Source: Planctomycetota bacterium (GTDB lineage Bacteria > Planctomycetota > B15-G4 > JADJEK01). Taken from it: a stretch of DNA of 32,765 bases. Made by a program: the position numbers and the translations under genes. A model generated the notes under the pieces. That model had not been told where the DNA came from, ran no database searches, and worked only from the letters and a program-made list of their open reading frames with translations. Numbering within the stretch: the stretch's first letter is position 1; each line of letters begins with the position of its first letter. Shown in pieces: positions 24,285-32,765 of the stretch. The stretch is from assembly GCA_044225365.1 (NCBI GenBank), contig JBGAIQ010000059.1:1-32765 (forward strand), in the 5' to 3' direction.

Positions 24285-27200
24285 ATGGACAAGCCGACGC
24301 TACGACGAGTCCGCCAGGTGTTCATGGAAGTGGTCGACCTTCCGGTGGCGGAACGCGGCGATGCGCTCGATCGCGCCTGCGCCGGTGATTCCGCACTTCG
24401 CTCCGAAGTGCAGTCCCTGCTCGACGCCGAAGCCCGGGCCGGCGCATTCCTCGCCGAACCGACCGCGGGAGCTTTGGGCGCGGAAGCCGCCAACGATCCG
24501 AGAGCGGGAGGATTCGAGCCTGCGGGATCGATGGGAACGCCGACGAGGCTCATGCCGACGCAGGAAGGGCCGGGTACGCGGATCGGCCCCTACAAGCTCC
24601 TCCAACTCATCGGCGAGGGAGGTTTCGGCAGCGTATTCATGGCCGAGCAGGAGAAACCGGTCCTGCGGAGGGTCGCCCTCAAGATCATCAAGCTGGGAAT
24701 GGACACGCGTGCGATCATCGCGCGCTTCGAGGCCGAGCGTCAGGCGCTCGCGCTCATGGATCATCCCCACATCGCGAGGGTGTTGGACGCGGGAGCTACC
24801 GAGACGGGTCGGCCCTATTTCGTGATGGAACTCGTGAAGGGCGATCCGATCGGTGATTACTGCGACAAGCAACGCCTCTCGATCAAGGATCGACTCGAGC
24901 TCTTCGTTCAGGTCTGCGCGGCGATCCAGCACGCGCACAACAAGGGGATCATCCACCGCGACATCAAGCCATCGAACGTGCTCGTCAGCACGCAGGACGG
25001 GCGGCCGCACGCCAAGGTGATCGATTTCGGGATCGCCAAGGCGACCGCGAGCAAGTTGACCGAGAAGACTCTGTTCACGGAACACGGCGCCCTCATCGGC
25101 ACGCCGGAGTACATGAGCCCGGAGCAGGCGGAGGGTTCGCTCGACATCGACACGCGGACCGACGTGTATTCGCTCGGCGTACTGCTCTACGAGTTGATCA
25201 CCGGGACCACTCCGTTTCGGCGCTCCAACCTACGTTCCGCCGCTTACGGCGAGATCCAGAGGATCATCCGCGAGGTCGAACCCGAGAAGCCGAGCACGCG
25301 GATCAGCGAGAACTTCGACCTGCTCGTGAACGTCGCGACGCAACGCAACGTCGAGCCGAAGAAGCTCGGCTTGATGATCCGCGGCGATCTCGATTGGATC
25401 GTGATGCGGGCCCTCGAGAAGGATCGGCAGCGGCGGTACGAGACGGCGAACGGCTTCGCGATGGATATCCGGCGCTACCTCACGGGAGAAGCAGTGCTCG
25501 CCGCGCCGCCGAGCGCGGCGTATCGCACCGTGAAGTTCGTGCGAAGGAATCGACTGCAAGTCGCAGCCGCGGGCCTCATTCTCATCGCGCTCCTCCTCGG
25601 ACTCGCCGGGACCGCCTGGCAGGCGAAGGTCGCTTCCGATCGAGCCGAAGCGGCGCGACAAGCCGAGGCCGAAGCGAAGACCGCCCGCGATGCCGAACGA
25701 ATGCGCGCGAACGAACTCGAGCAGGTCAGCCAGTTCCAGGAGAAGATGCTCTCGCAAGTCGATCCCACCACGGCCGGCGTGTGGCTCACCGAGGATGTGA
25801 ATCGGCGATTCGTCGCGGCGTTGGTGAAGGCCAATGTGCCCGAGGATCAGCGCGGGAATCGACTCGAGGAGTTCGAGAAGGAGTGGGCGCATGTCAATGC
25901 GACCGATGCCGCGGCGGCGCTCATCGACGAGACCATTCTGAAGCCGGCGGTGAAGGCGATCGACGAACAGTTCAAGGGCCAGCCCGTCGTCGACGCGAAG
26001 CTGCGACAAGTGTTGGCGGATCGATACGTGGAGCTGGGGTTGTACGAGGCCGCGATGCCGCTGCAAGTGGGCGCGCTCGCAACTCGACGGCGCGAGCTCG
26101 GGAACGAGCATCTCGACACGTTGCGGTCGATCGACTCCCTGGGCGTACTTCTCCTGCTCCAAAGGAAACTCGATCCGGCCGAGACCAACGTTCGCGAAGT
26201 GCTCGAGATCCGCCGGCGACTGCAAGGAGAAGTCGCCCGTGACACGTTGTTCTCCTACGACACCCTTGCCCAGATCCTGGCAGCGCGAGGGGACTTGGAG
26301 AGCGTCGTGAAGATCCAGCGCGATATCCTCACGAAATCCCGCCGCGTCCTCGGCGACGATGATCCCGACACGATTCGTTCGATCAACAACCTGGCTTCCG
26401 GGCTCCAGAGTCAGAAGGAATTCGTGGAGGCCGAAGGGCTCTACCGCGAGGCCATGGAGCGATACCGGCGCGTCAACGGCGAGAACCACAAGTCGACGCT
26501 CGCGGCGCTGAACAACATCGGTTCCGTACTGAAGGCGCAGGGGAAACTCGAGGAAGCCGAGACGGCCTTCCGCGAGGCCCTGGCGAAGCGCCGGCGCTCC
26601 CTCGGCGACGATCATCCGACCACGCGCTCCGCGATCAACAACGTCGCGAGCGTTCTCGAATCACAGCGCAAGTTTGCCGAGGCCGAACCGTTCGCTCGCG
26701 AAGCGATGGAGAAGGCACCGCGCCTGCTCGGCGAGGCGCACCTCAGCACGCTCATGATCGCGACTCGATTGGGGGATATCCTGTACGGTGAGAAGAAGTA
26801 TGCGGAGGCCGAACCCTACCTGCGTCGTGCGGTCGAAGGGCAACGTCGCCTCCAGGGCGTGGATCACCCGGATACGAACTTTGCCCGGATGATGCTGAGC
26901 TCGCTGCTCATGACGGAAGAGAAGTTCGTCGACGCCGAGCCCTTGAACCGCGAGATCCTGGAGTCGAGTCTGCGCAGCTCGGGAGCGGACCATCTCACGA
27001 CCATCAACGCCGAAAGCGCTCTTGGGAGCACGCTCCTCGGAATGGAGCGCTTCGCCGACGCCGAACCCGTGCTCCGCGACGCGTTGGAGCGCGCTGAACG
27101 CACCCTCGGATCGAGTCACCTCACGACCTTGCTCACCGCCTCGGCTCTCGGCGTCCTGCTCGAGCGGACCGGTCGCCATGCGGAGGCCGTGGAACGACTC

Positions 27201-27542
27201 GAGAAGATCGTGAACCTGTGCCGCCAGTCGTTCAAGGACGCCCGAGCGCGACCATTGGGACGGATGTTGTGGGCGCTCGGCCGCGCCCGCATGAAACTTG
27301 GCTTCGAGTCGGAGCGATTCGAGGATGCCGAGGAGGATCTGACCGAAGCCTGCCCGATCCTCGTCGAAGCGCTCGGGGACACCCACGCCGACACGCGCGC
27401 ATGCACGCAGGATCTCGTGGACTTCTACTCCGCATGGGCCGCGGCCGAGCCCGGAAAGGGCTACGACGCCAAGGCGGCCGAATGGCGCGGCAAGCTCGCC
27501 GAATCGAACGCTCCCGCGGCCGGCACGCCGGAGAAGCGCTGA
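24285..27542 (+). CDS. Hanks-type Ser/Thr protein kinase with TM helix and ~42-aa TPR (kinesin-light-chain-like) repeats
   Basis: GEGGFGSVF, VALK, HRDIKPSN, DFGIAK, GTPEYMSPE. TM LQVAAAGLILIALLLGLAGTAW. Repeats LGxxHxxTLxxxNNL. Starts 9 nt after the ECF stop; GTG 24279 is an alternative start. Confidence 0.95.
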   Translation: MDKPTLRRVRQVFMEVVDLPVAERGDALDRACAGDSALRSEVQSLLDAEARAGAFLAEPTAGALGAEAANDPRAGGFEPAGSMGTPTRLMPTQEGPGTRIGPYKLLQLIGEGGFGSVFMAEQEKPVLRRVALKIIKLGMDTRAIIARFEAERQALALMDHPHIARVLDAGATETGRPYFVMELVKGDPIGDYCDKQRLSIKDRLELFVQVCAAIQHAHNKGIIHRDIKPSNVLVSTQDGRPHAKVIDFGIAKATASKLTEKTLFTEHGALIGTPEYMSPEQAEGSLDIDTRTDVYSLGVLLYELITGTTPFRRSNLRSAAYGEIQRIIREVEPEKPSTRISENFDLLVNVATQRNVEPKKLGLMIRGDLDWIVMRALEKDRQRRYETANGFAMDIRRYLTGEAVLAAPPSAAYRTVKFVRRNRLQVAAAGLILIALLLGLAGTAWQAKVASDRAEAARQAEAEAKTARDAERMRANELEQVSQFQEKMLSQVDPTTAGVWLTEDVNRRFVAALVKANVPEDQRGNRLEEFEKEWAHVNATDAAAALIDETILKPAVKAIDEQFKGQPVVDAKLRQVLADRYVELGLYEAAMPLQVGALATRRRELGNEHLDTLRSIDSLGVLLLLQRKLDPAETNVREVLEIRRRLQGEVARDTLFSYDTLAQILAARGDLESVVKIQRDILTKSRRVLGDDDPDTIRSINNLASGLQSQKEFVEAEGLYREAMERYRRVNGENHKSTLAALNNIGSVLKAQGKLEEAETAFREALAKRRRSLGDDHPTTRSAINNVASVLESQRKFAEAEPFAREAMEKAPRLLGEAHLSTLMIATRLGDILYGEKKYAEAEPYLRRAVEGQRRLQGVDHPDTNFARMMLSSLLMTEEKFVDAEPLNREILESSLRSSGADHLTTINAESALGSTLLGMERFADAEPVLRDALERAERTLGSSHLTTLLTASALGVLLERTGRHAEAVERLEKIVNLCRQSFKDARARPLGRMLWALGRARMKLGFESERFEDAEEDLTEACPILVEALGDTHADTRACTQDLVDFYSAWAAAEPGKGYDAKAAEWRGKLAESNAPAAGTPEKR

Positions 27543-27638
27543 CCGAGTCGGCGTAGACCCGTCCTTCTTGCCCATCCGGGCTCGTACCTCTCGTCTGGTA
27601 TGCTTGGGCAGTCACGCGACTGGTGAAGAGGAGAGAGC

Positions 27639-30152
27639 ATGCGTTCAGGATCAAGGGCCCTTCGTGCGAGCAGCGTCCTGATCTGGACTCCGATCTGCTG
27701 CGCCTCGGCGCTCGGTCAGGCGGGAACGATCTTCCCCCAGCCTTCGTTCGGACCGCTCTACAACCAGAACTCGCTCGTGAGCGCCGACGTCAACGAGGAC
27801 GGCCGCACCGACCTCGTGGCGATCGGCCCAGGAATCGGCAGCAACAATGCAATCGCGATCGCCGTGTTCGTTGCCGGCGGTAGCTTCGGTTTTCGCCACG
27901 AGACGATCGATCCGATTCAGGGATCGAATGCGTGGAACGTCGCCGTGGGCGACATCGACGGCGACGGTCACCTCGACTTGCTTTCGACGCGCAACTACCC
28001 ACCCGCGCTGTTGCTCTACAAGGGCTCGGGAAACGCTTCGTTCGCGACTCCCGTATCGCTCGCACCGGCGACTCCGTCGCCCAATCGTCTCGTGATGGGA
28101 GATCTCGACGGCGATGGACACTCCGATGCAATCGAGATCTCGAGTCTTACGGTGCGCGTGAGCCTTGCGAATGGTCAGGGAGGATTCGTTCCAGGCATCG
28201 ACTACAGCGGGATCGGAATCGGCGATGGGGCACCGGCGCTCGATGACTTCGATCTCGATGGAGCGCTCGATGTCGCAACATGCAACTACTCGGTGAAGAG
28301 CGTCGCGGTCCTTCTCGGTGATGGGCAGGGCGCGTTCAAAGCAGCGTGGCGCAATCTCGCGCCGGCGTTTCCGCTGGGGCTCGCGTCGGGCGACCTCGAT
28401 TCCGATGGAGACGCCGATCTCGCCGTTGCGATGGCCGCGAGCGGCGTTGCGCTGCTGTACGGACAGAACGGAAACAACTTCTCGACCGCGTACGGCTCGA
28501 TCGGAACGGGCGCGTCGGCGGTCGCGTTCGCGGACATCGATGCCGATGGTGATCTCGATGTAGGCGCTGCTGGCGGAGGCGTCTGGCGGAACGATGGCGC
28601 GGGGTCGTTCACGAATCACGGCAGCGTCCCCGACGGATCGATGATCCTCGGCGGAAGATTCACGGACGACCCGGGCGATGATTTCGCGGTCGGAGGCGGG
28701 AAGATTGCGATCGTCGGACTCGATGGGAACGGCGATCCGGCGCTCCCCGCGACGGTTTCGTTGAACCAGCCGGCGACCTTCGTCGTGTCACTCGACATCG
28801 ATCATGATCAGGACGACGACCTCGTCGTCGCACAGCAATCGAATTCGAATCTGGCGGTTCTCGTTCGAAACGCGAACGGTAGCTACGTGATGGGGCCGAC
28901 GGTTGCGGTTTCGGGCGTGGTGAACGACTTGAAGTCGACGGATCTCGATCACGACGGGGATCAAGATCTGGTGTTGTCGGTGAGGATGACCTCGTTTCCG
29001 TTTACCACGAATCGCGTCACGATACTGCTTGGCGACGGCAACGGATCGTTCGGAGTTCCACTCACGATCCAGAGCGGCAACAGTCCATCCGATGGGCGAA
29101 TCCAGATCGCCGATGTCGACGGTGATGGCGATTCAGATGTGGTGCATTACGGGGCGGATGGAGCTTTCGATCTGTATCTCAATGTCGGTGGCGCGCTCGC
29201 GGCACCGACGCATTACTCCGTCTCGCTGTACCCAGTGATTCATGTATTCTCCGCCGACATCAACGGGGATGGCGCAGTGGACTTGGCGTTCTCGAATGAC
29301 AGCACAAACACCGTCGTGCTGTTCGCAGGCACACCGAGTGGTAGCCTCGTCGGACCATGGATGATTTCCGCACCCTACGGGTATTCGCTCGGCCTCGGTG
29401 ATTTCGACGGCGACGGGAAATGCGATCTCTTCACCGGGGCCTCGATCTGTCGGGGAAATGGCATAGGCGGTTTCTCGCCACCCGAATCGGTCGTATTTCC
29501 GGGAACCAGTCTTCCGGGCCAAGGCGTTCTCGAACCCATCGTCACGGATCTCGACCAGGACGGGATCGACGACTTCGTTGCGCCGCTCAACACGTCGAAT
29601 GCGATCGCGGTCCTGAGGCATTCTTCGAGCGGCTGGTCGTACGTCACCTATCCGACGACGTACGCCGCGCGGAGCATGGCCCTCACTCGACTCGATGGAA
29701 ACGCGTTCCCCGATCTCGCAGTCGCTTCCGACGGTTACGCGTTGACGTTGCTGAAGAACCTCTCGACGCCGGCGCAGGCGTCATCGATCGGCGTCGGCAA
29801 GCCGGGAACGCATGGCGTCCCGCTTCTGACCTCGAGCGCTCCGACACTCGGCCCTCCGACCGTGCTCACGATCGGAAATGGCCTTCCTGGCGCCTATCCC
29901 ATGTTGTTCGCGGGGCTCGTTCCCGCTGCGATCCCCTTCGATGGCGGTCAACTCGTCGTGCAGCCCTTGATCGCGACGATTCTTCCCCCGCTCGGCGGGA
30001 ACGGCTCGCTGGCGATACCCATCACCCTGCCGACGGGCCTCGGGTTGAGCGGACTCACGGTGTACCTGCAGGCGATGTTCTTCGATCCCGGCGCCGCGGG
30101 TCCGTATCACACGGCGCAGACGCCGGGTCTCGCGTGGTCGATCGGTTGGTGA
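27639..30152 (+). CDS. Secreted FG-GAP/VCBS-repeat (integrin-like, Ca-binding) protein with a ~120-aa C-terminal domain
   Basis: GAGGAG RBS and signal peptide ending ASALG|Q. More than ten DxDxDGxxD motifs (ADVNEDGRTDL, GDIDGDGHLDL, GDLDGDGHSD, ADVDGDGDSDV, GDFDGDGKCDL). Confidence 0.92.
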   Translation: MRSGSRALRASSVLIWTPICCASALGQAGTIFPQPSFGPLYNQNSLVSADVNEDGRTDLVAIGPGIGSNNAIAIAVFVAGGSFGFRHETIDPIQGSNAWNVAVGDIDGDGHLDLLSTRNYPPALLLYKGSGNASFATPVSLAPATPSPNRLVMGDLDGDGHSDAIEISSLTVRVSLANGQGGFVPGIDYSGIGIGDGAPALDDFDLDGALDVATCNYSVKSVAVLLGDGQGAFKAAWRNLAPAFPLGLASGDLDSDGDADLAVAMAASGVALLYGQNGNNFSTAYGSIGTGASAVAFADIDADGDLDVGAAGGGVWRNDGAGSFTNHGSVPDGSMILGGRFTDDPGDDFAVGGGKIAIVGLDGNGDPALPATVSLNQPATFVVSLDIDHDQDDDLVVAQQSNSNLAVLVRNANGSYVMGPTVAVSGVVNDLKSTDLDHDGDQDLVLSVRMTSFPFTTNRVTILLGDGNGSFGVPLTIQSGNSPSDGRIQIADVDGDGDSDVVHYGADGAFDLYLNVGGALAAPTHYSVSLYPVIHVFSADINGDGAVDLAFSNDSTNTVVLFAGTPSGSLVGPWMISAPYGYSLGLGDFDGDGKCDLFTGASICRGNGIGGFSPPESVVFPGTSLPGQGVLEPIVTDLDQDGIDDFVAPLNTSNAIAVLRHSSSGWSYVTYPTTYAARSMALTRLDGNAFPDLAVASDGYALTLLKNLSTPAQASSIGVGKPGTHGVPLLTSSAPTLGPPTVLTIGNGLPGAYPMLFAGLVPAAIPFDGGQLVVQPLIATILPPLGGNGSLAIPITLPTGLGLSGLTVYLQAMFFDPGAAGPYHTAQTPGLAWSIGW

Positions 30153-30168
30153 CGTCGGACCGCGATCC

Positions 30169-31002
30169 CTACAGGATCGTCAGTGTCCGAGAGATCCCCG
30201 CCAATGCCGCGAGTCTCGCCAGGGCGGTGCGGCCGACCTCTCCGAGGTCGCGCGTGAACTCGTTGACGTAGAGCTCGACGTGTTTCCATAGGACGGCGTC
30301 GGACTGCTCCTGCGCGTGCTTTCGCATGGTGAGGAGCGCATCCGTCGGATGCGCGCGCGCGTGGTCGAGCGAGGCGCGGATCACGCGCGTGAGTCGCCCG
30401 TGGATTTGTTCGCCAATGTCGAGGCGCGCGAGGATGCCGCCGAGGGGCAACGGCGAGTGCGTCTCTCGTTCCCAGCGCGCGCCGAGATCCTCGACGAGAT
30501 GAAGGCCGTGATCGCGGTAGGTGAATCGCGCTTCGTGGATGCACACGCCGAAGTCGGCTTCGCCGTGCTCGAGGGCAGGGAGGATGCGGTCGAACGAGGT
30601 TTGCTCGAGCGCGCCTTCATCGGGATGGAAGAGGCGATACAGCAGGGTCGCGGTGGTCGTTCCGCCCGGCGCGAGCACGCGAGCGCGCGAACCATCCGCA
30701 CGTGGCGCCGAAGGAGCGTCGCCGCCGCGCGCCGCGAGGAGCAACGGGCCGTTTCCGAATCCGAGCGCCGCGCCCACCGGCAAGACTCCATATCGATCCG
30801 CGAGATGCAGAGCGGCATGGAACGACGCCTTGCCGACATCGACCTCACCCCGCGCGAGCCGTTCGTTGGACGCCTGGACATCGAGGAGTTCGATGTCGAA
30901 GTCGAGGCCCTCGCTGTCGACGGCGTTCGTGAGCAGGCCGTGGAAGGCGAACGTGTCGTTGGGACACGGTGAGATCGCGAGTCGGATCCGGTGCGACGCC
31001 AT
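30169..31002 (-). CDS. mqnD: 1,4-dihydroxy-6-naphthoate synthase (futalosine menaquinone pathway)
   Basis: SPCPNDTFAF, GAALGFGNGPLL, PGGTTTATLL, IHEARFTY, DLGARWE..T..PLPLGG, HAQE, HVELYVNEFT. Confidence 0.95.
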   Translation of the reverse strand: MASHRIRLAISPCPNDTFAFHGLLTNAVDSEGLDFDIELLDVQASNERLARGEVDVGKASFHAALHLADRYGVLPVGAALGFGNGPLLLAARGGDAPSAPRADGSRARVLAPGGTTTATLLYRLFHPDEGALEQTSFDRILPALEHGEADFGVCIHEARFTYRDHGLHLVEDLGARWERETHSPLPLGGILARLDIGEQIHGRLTRVIRASLDHARAHPTDALLTMRKHAQEQSDAVLWKHVELYVNEFTRDLGEVGRTALARLAALAGISRTLTIL

Positions 31003-31013
31003 CGCCCAGGGCC

Positions 31014-32765
31014 TCAGGACTTCTTCTTCGGCGAGCTTGGAGTGGGCTCGGCAGGATCGCCGCTCGTTGCGTCGGGCGGAGGCATGATGCGCGCCTTCTG
31101 GAGCTTGAGGCAGCGCAGGAACTCGGCGGGCGGAACCGTCACGTCGAAGCTGTACACCGGGAACATCGCTCGCGCCACACCGCTGGAATCGACGAAGATC
31201 GCCATCGGCAGACCTTGCGGCACCTCGTGATTGTCGAGGCTGATGAGCGCTTCCTTCTTGTCGTGCTGGAAGATCGGCGCTCGCACCACGGGATCCCGCG
31301 CGAAGCTCTCCTTCATCTGCGTGATCGATTTCTCGGGGAACGAGCGTGGGACGACGACGAGGAGCGGCGGGTCGAAATCGAACGCCCAGAGGACCTTCGA
31401 CAGCGCGCGCGCCGTCGTCGACGCCTGGAACGCCTCGACGTCCGGGTCGATCTTTCCGTCTTCGTGCGTCGTCGGATCGGGCTCAGGAACCCAGAACACG
31501 ACGGCGCCTTCCTTCGGAATGGGCAGCCCCCGTACTCGGCGCTGCAGGATGTCGCGCGAGGTGATGCCGCCGGTGTTGCTGAGCATGAGGCCGCGCGTCG
31601 CGGGATCGTCGATGCAAAGATCGTGGATCCGATGCTCGAGCTCGATCGTCGCTTGCGTGACGCGATACGCGCCCATGCTCGCCGCGAACCCGACGTAGCC
31701 TTCGATCGGTTGGGCGTCGACGGTCGAATACGAACCGATGAGCTTGCCGTCGACGAAGAGCACCGCGAGCGGTCCGTCGATCAGGATCTCGTACTCGAAG
31801 CTGTCGCGCGGTGAATCGAACTTCACGTTGGTGCCGGGGAGCGGATGTTCCTGGCCGCCCTCGGCGTCGCGGATCGCCGTGAGGCTCACGTTCACCGAGT
31901 CCATCTTCTCGGCTTCCGCCTTCTGCCCGATCGAGTACATGTAGTCGCCGGCGCCGAAGCTGAAGCGCAGATTCCGATCGCGGCGCGTGTAGCCGAAGAT
32001 CACCGCGCCATTCACGAACGTGGTCGTGAACTGGATCCTTCCGCGCAGGTGCGTGCGACCGGGCGTCAGCCATTCCTGGCCGCGGGCGAACGCGTGGTGT
32101 TGCCCGGCGTTCCGATCGAGCGTGCCGGTGCTGTCGCGCGGCTTCTCGCGACCGACGTGGAGATCGCCGTCGTCGGTCGTGAACCACAGGTTCGGAACGC
32201 GATACTGCTCGTAGTCGGTGAGCCCGTCCTCGACGTAGGAGAACCGCCCGACGAGGTGGGGGATGTCGCAGAACGGGGCCTTGGACTGATCGAAGGCAGG
32301 CGGGCTCTCGCCCTTCGCGTCGAGCCCGAGGTACGTGAGCAGTCGAGCCGCGTCGCCCCGCAGCGCCGCCGCAGCGCGTGGAGTGGTGTTCGCGATCGCG
32401 TCGGCGCTGGCGCGGAGTTGATCGGCGAATAGTTTCACCTTGGGGAGCTGCGCGGAGAGCAGGGGCGAGGTTGGCGCCTTGTAGCGATCCGGATCGCGGA
32501 ACGCGGCTTTGGCTCGCAGCACGAAGGCCGCGAGCGGGTCGCGTTGCTTGTCGAGCAGGTCCGCGAGCATGAGCGCTCTCTCGGGATGGAACTCGTCGAC
32601 CTGCATTCCGAACGCGAGCGCCGACGCGGCCTCGGTCGGCATTCCGTTCTTCGCGAGCAGGACTCCGGCTTCGGCCGCCTGCTCCTGGCCGAACCACGGC
32701 TCCGCGCGCGAACGCGAGAATTGCCAGGTGGGCGCATCGTCGATGGTCTTCGCGTCGTCTCCCGG
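31014..32765 (-). CDS. Large hypothetical protein, 5'-truncated by the window end; lectin/DUF1080-like beta region and C-terminal thioredoxin-like fold
   Basis: I translated 32643-32765 in frame and found no stop, so the ORF extends beyond the listed ATG 32642. VLFVDGKLIG...EGYVGF is beta-sandwich-like; LPMAIFVDSSGVAR is Trx-like. Ends 11 nt before mqnD. Confidence 0.75.
   Translation of the reverse strand, partial: PGDDAKTIDDAPTWQFSRSRAEPWFGQEQAAEAGVLLAKNGMPTEAASALAFGMQVDEFHPERALMLADLLDKQRDPLAAFVLRAKAAFRDPDRYKAPTSPLLSAQLPKVKLFADQLRASADAIANTTPRAAAALRGDAARLLTYLGLDAKGESPPAFDQSKAPFCDIPHLVGRFSYVEDGLTDYEQYRVPNLWFTTDDGDLHVGREKPRDSTGTLDRNAGQHHAFARGQEWLTPGRTHLRGRIQFTTTFVNGAVIFGYTRRDRNLRFSFGAGDYMYSIGQKAEAEKMDSVNVSLTAIRDAEGGQEHPLPGTNVKFDSPRDSFEYEILIDGPLAVLFVDGKLIGSYSTVDAQPIEGYVGFAASMGAYRVTQATIELEHRIHDLCIDDPATRGLMLSNTGGITSRDILQRRVRGLPIPKEGAVVFWVPEPDPTTHEDGKIDPDVEAFQASTTARALSKVLWAFDFDPPLLVVVPRSFPEKSITQMKESFARDPVVRAPIFQHDKKEALISLDNHEVPQGLPMAIFVDSSGVARAMFPVYSFDVTVPPAEFLRCLKLQKARIMPPPDATSGDPAEPTPSSPKKKS

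Noticed and set aside
23500-30152. Possible horizontally acquired island (somewhat more A/T-ending codons in the FG-GAP gene)
   Set aside because: Impression only. No integrase, tRNA or flanking direct repeats were seen; it would need a computed codon or k-mer profile.
4460-30580. KOPS-like GGGCAGGG octamers (4460, 28323, 30573 on +; one reverse copy at 3340)
   Set aside because: Found by eye only, too few to show skew, expected by chance at this GC content, and the KOPS motif of this lineage is unknown.

Overview
High-GC bacterial chromosomal segment, most likely from a Planctomycetota genome. This is inferred from the planctomycete-style ECF sigma factors, membrane Ser/Thr kinases with TPR arrays and secreted FG-GAP/WD40 proteins. 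Housekeeping genes: a three-gene mycobacterial-Sdh1-like succinate dehydrogenase, mqnD, ftsK, a YihY-family protein, DUF480/YceH, an RDD protein, an OlsF-like acyltransferase and a persulfide dioxygenase-rhodanese fusion. The rest encodes signalling and secreted proteins. Most notable observations: (1) ftsK is followed by a paralog that keeps the membrane domain and the gamma winged helix but lacks the whole ATPase motor; (2) two unrelated secreted repeat proteins end in the same ~120-aa C-terminal domain, a candidate sorting or attachment module; (3) positions 1-250 are non-coding and densely structured, possibly an IS110/IS1111 right end encoding a bridge/seek RNA; (4) the OlsF-like enzyme has lost its acyltransferase catalytic His; (5) several genes look leaderless. 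All calls come from reading motifs by eye; no searches were run.
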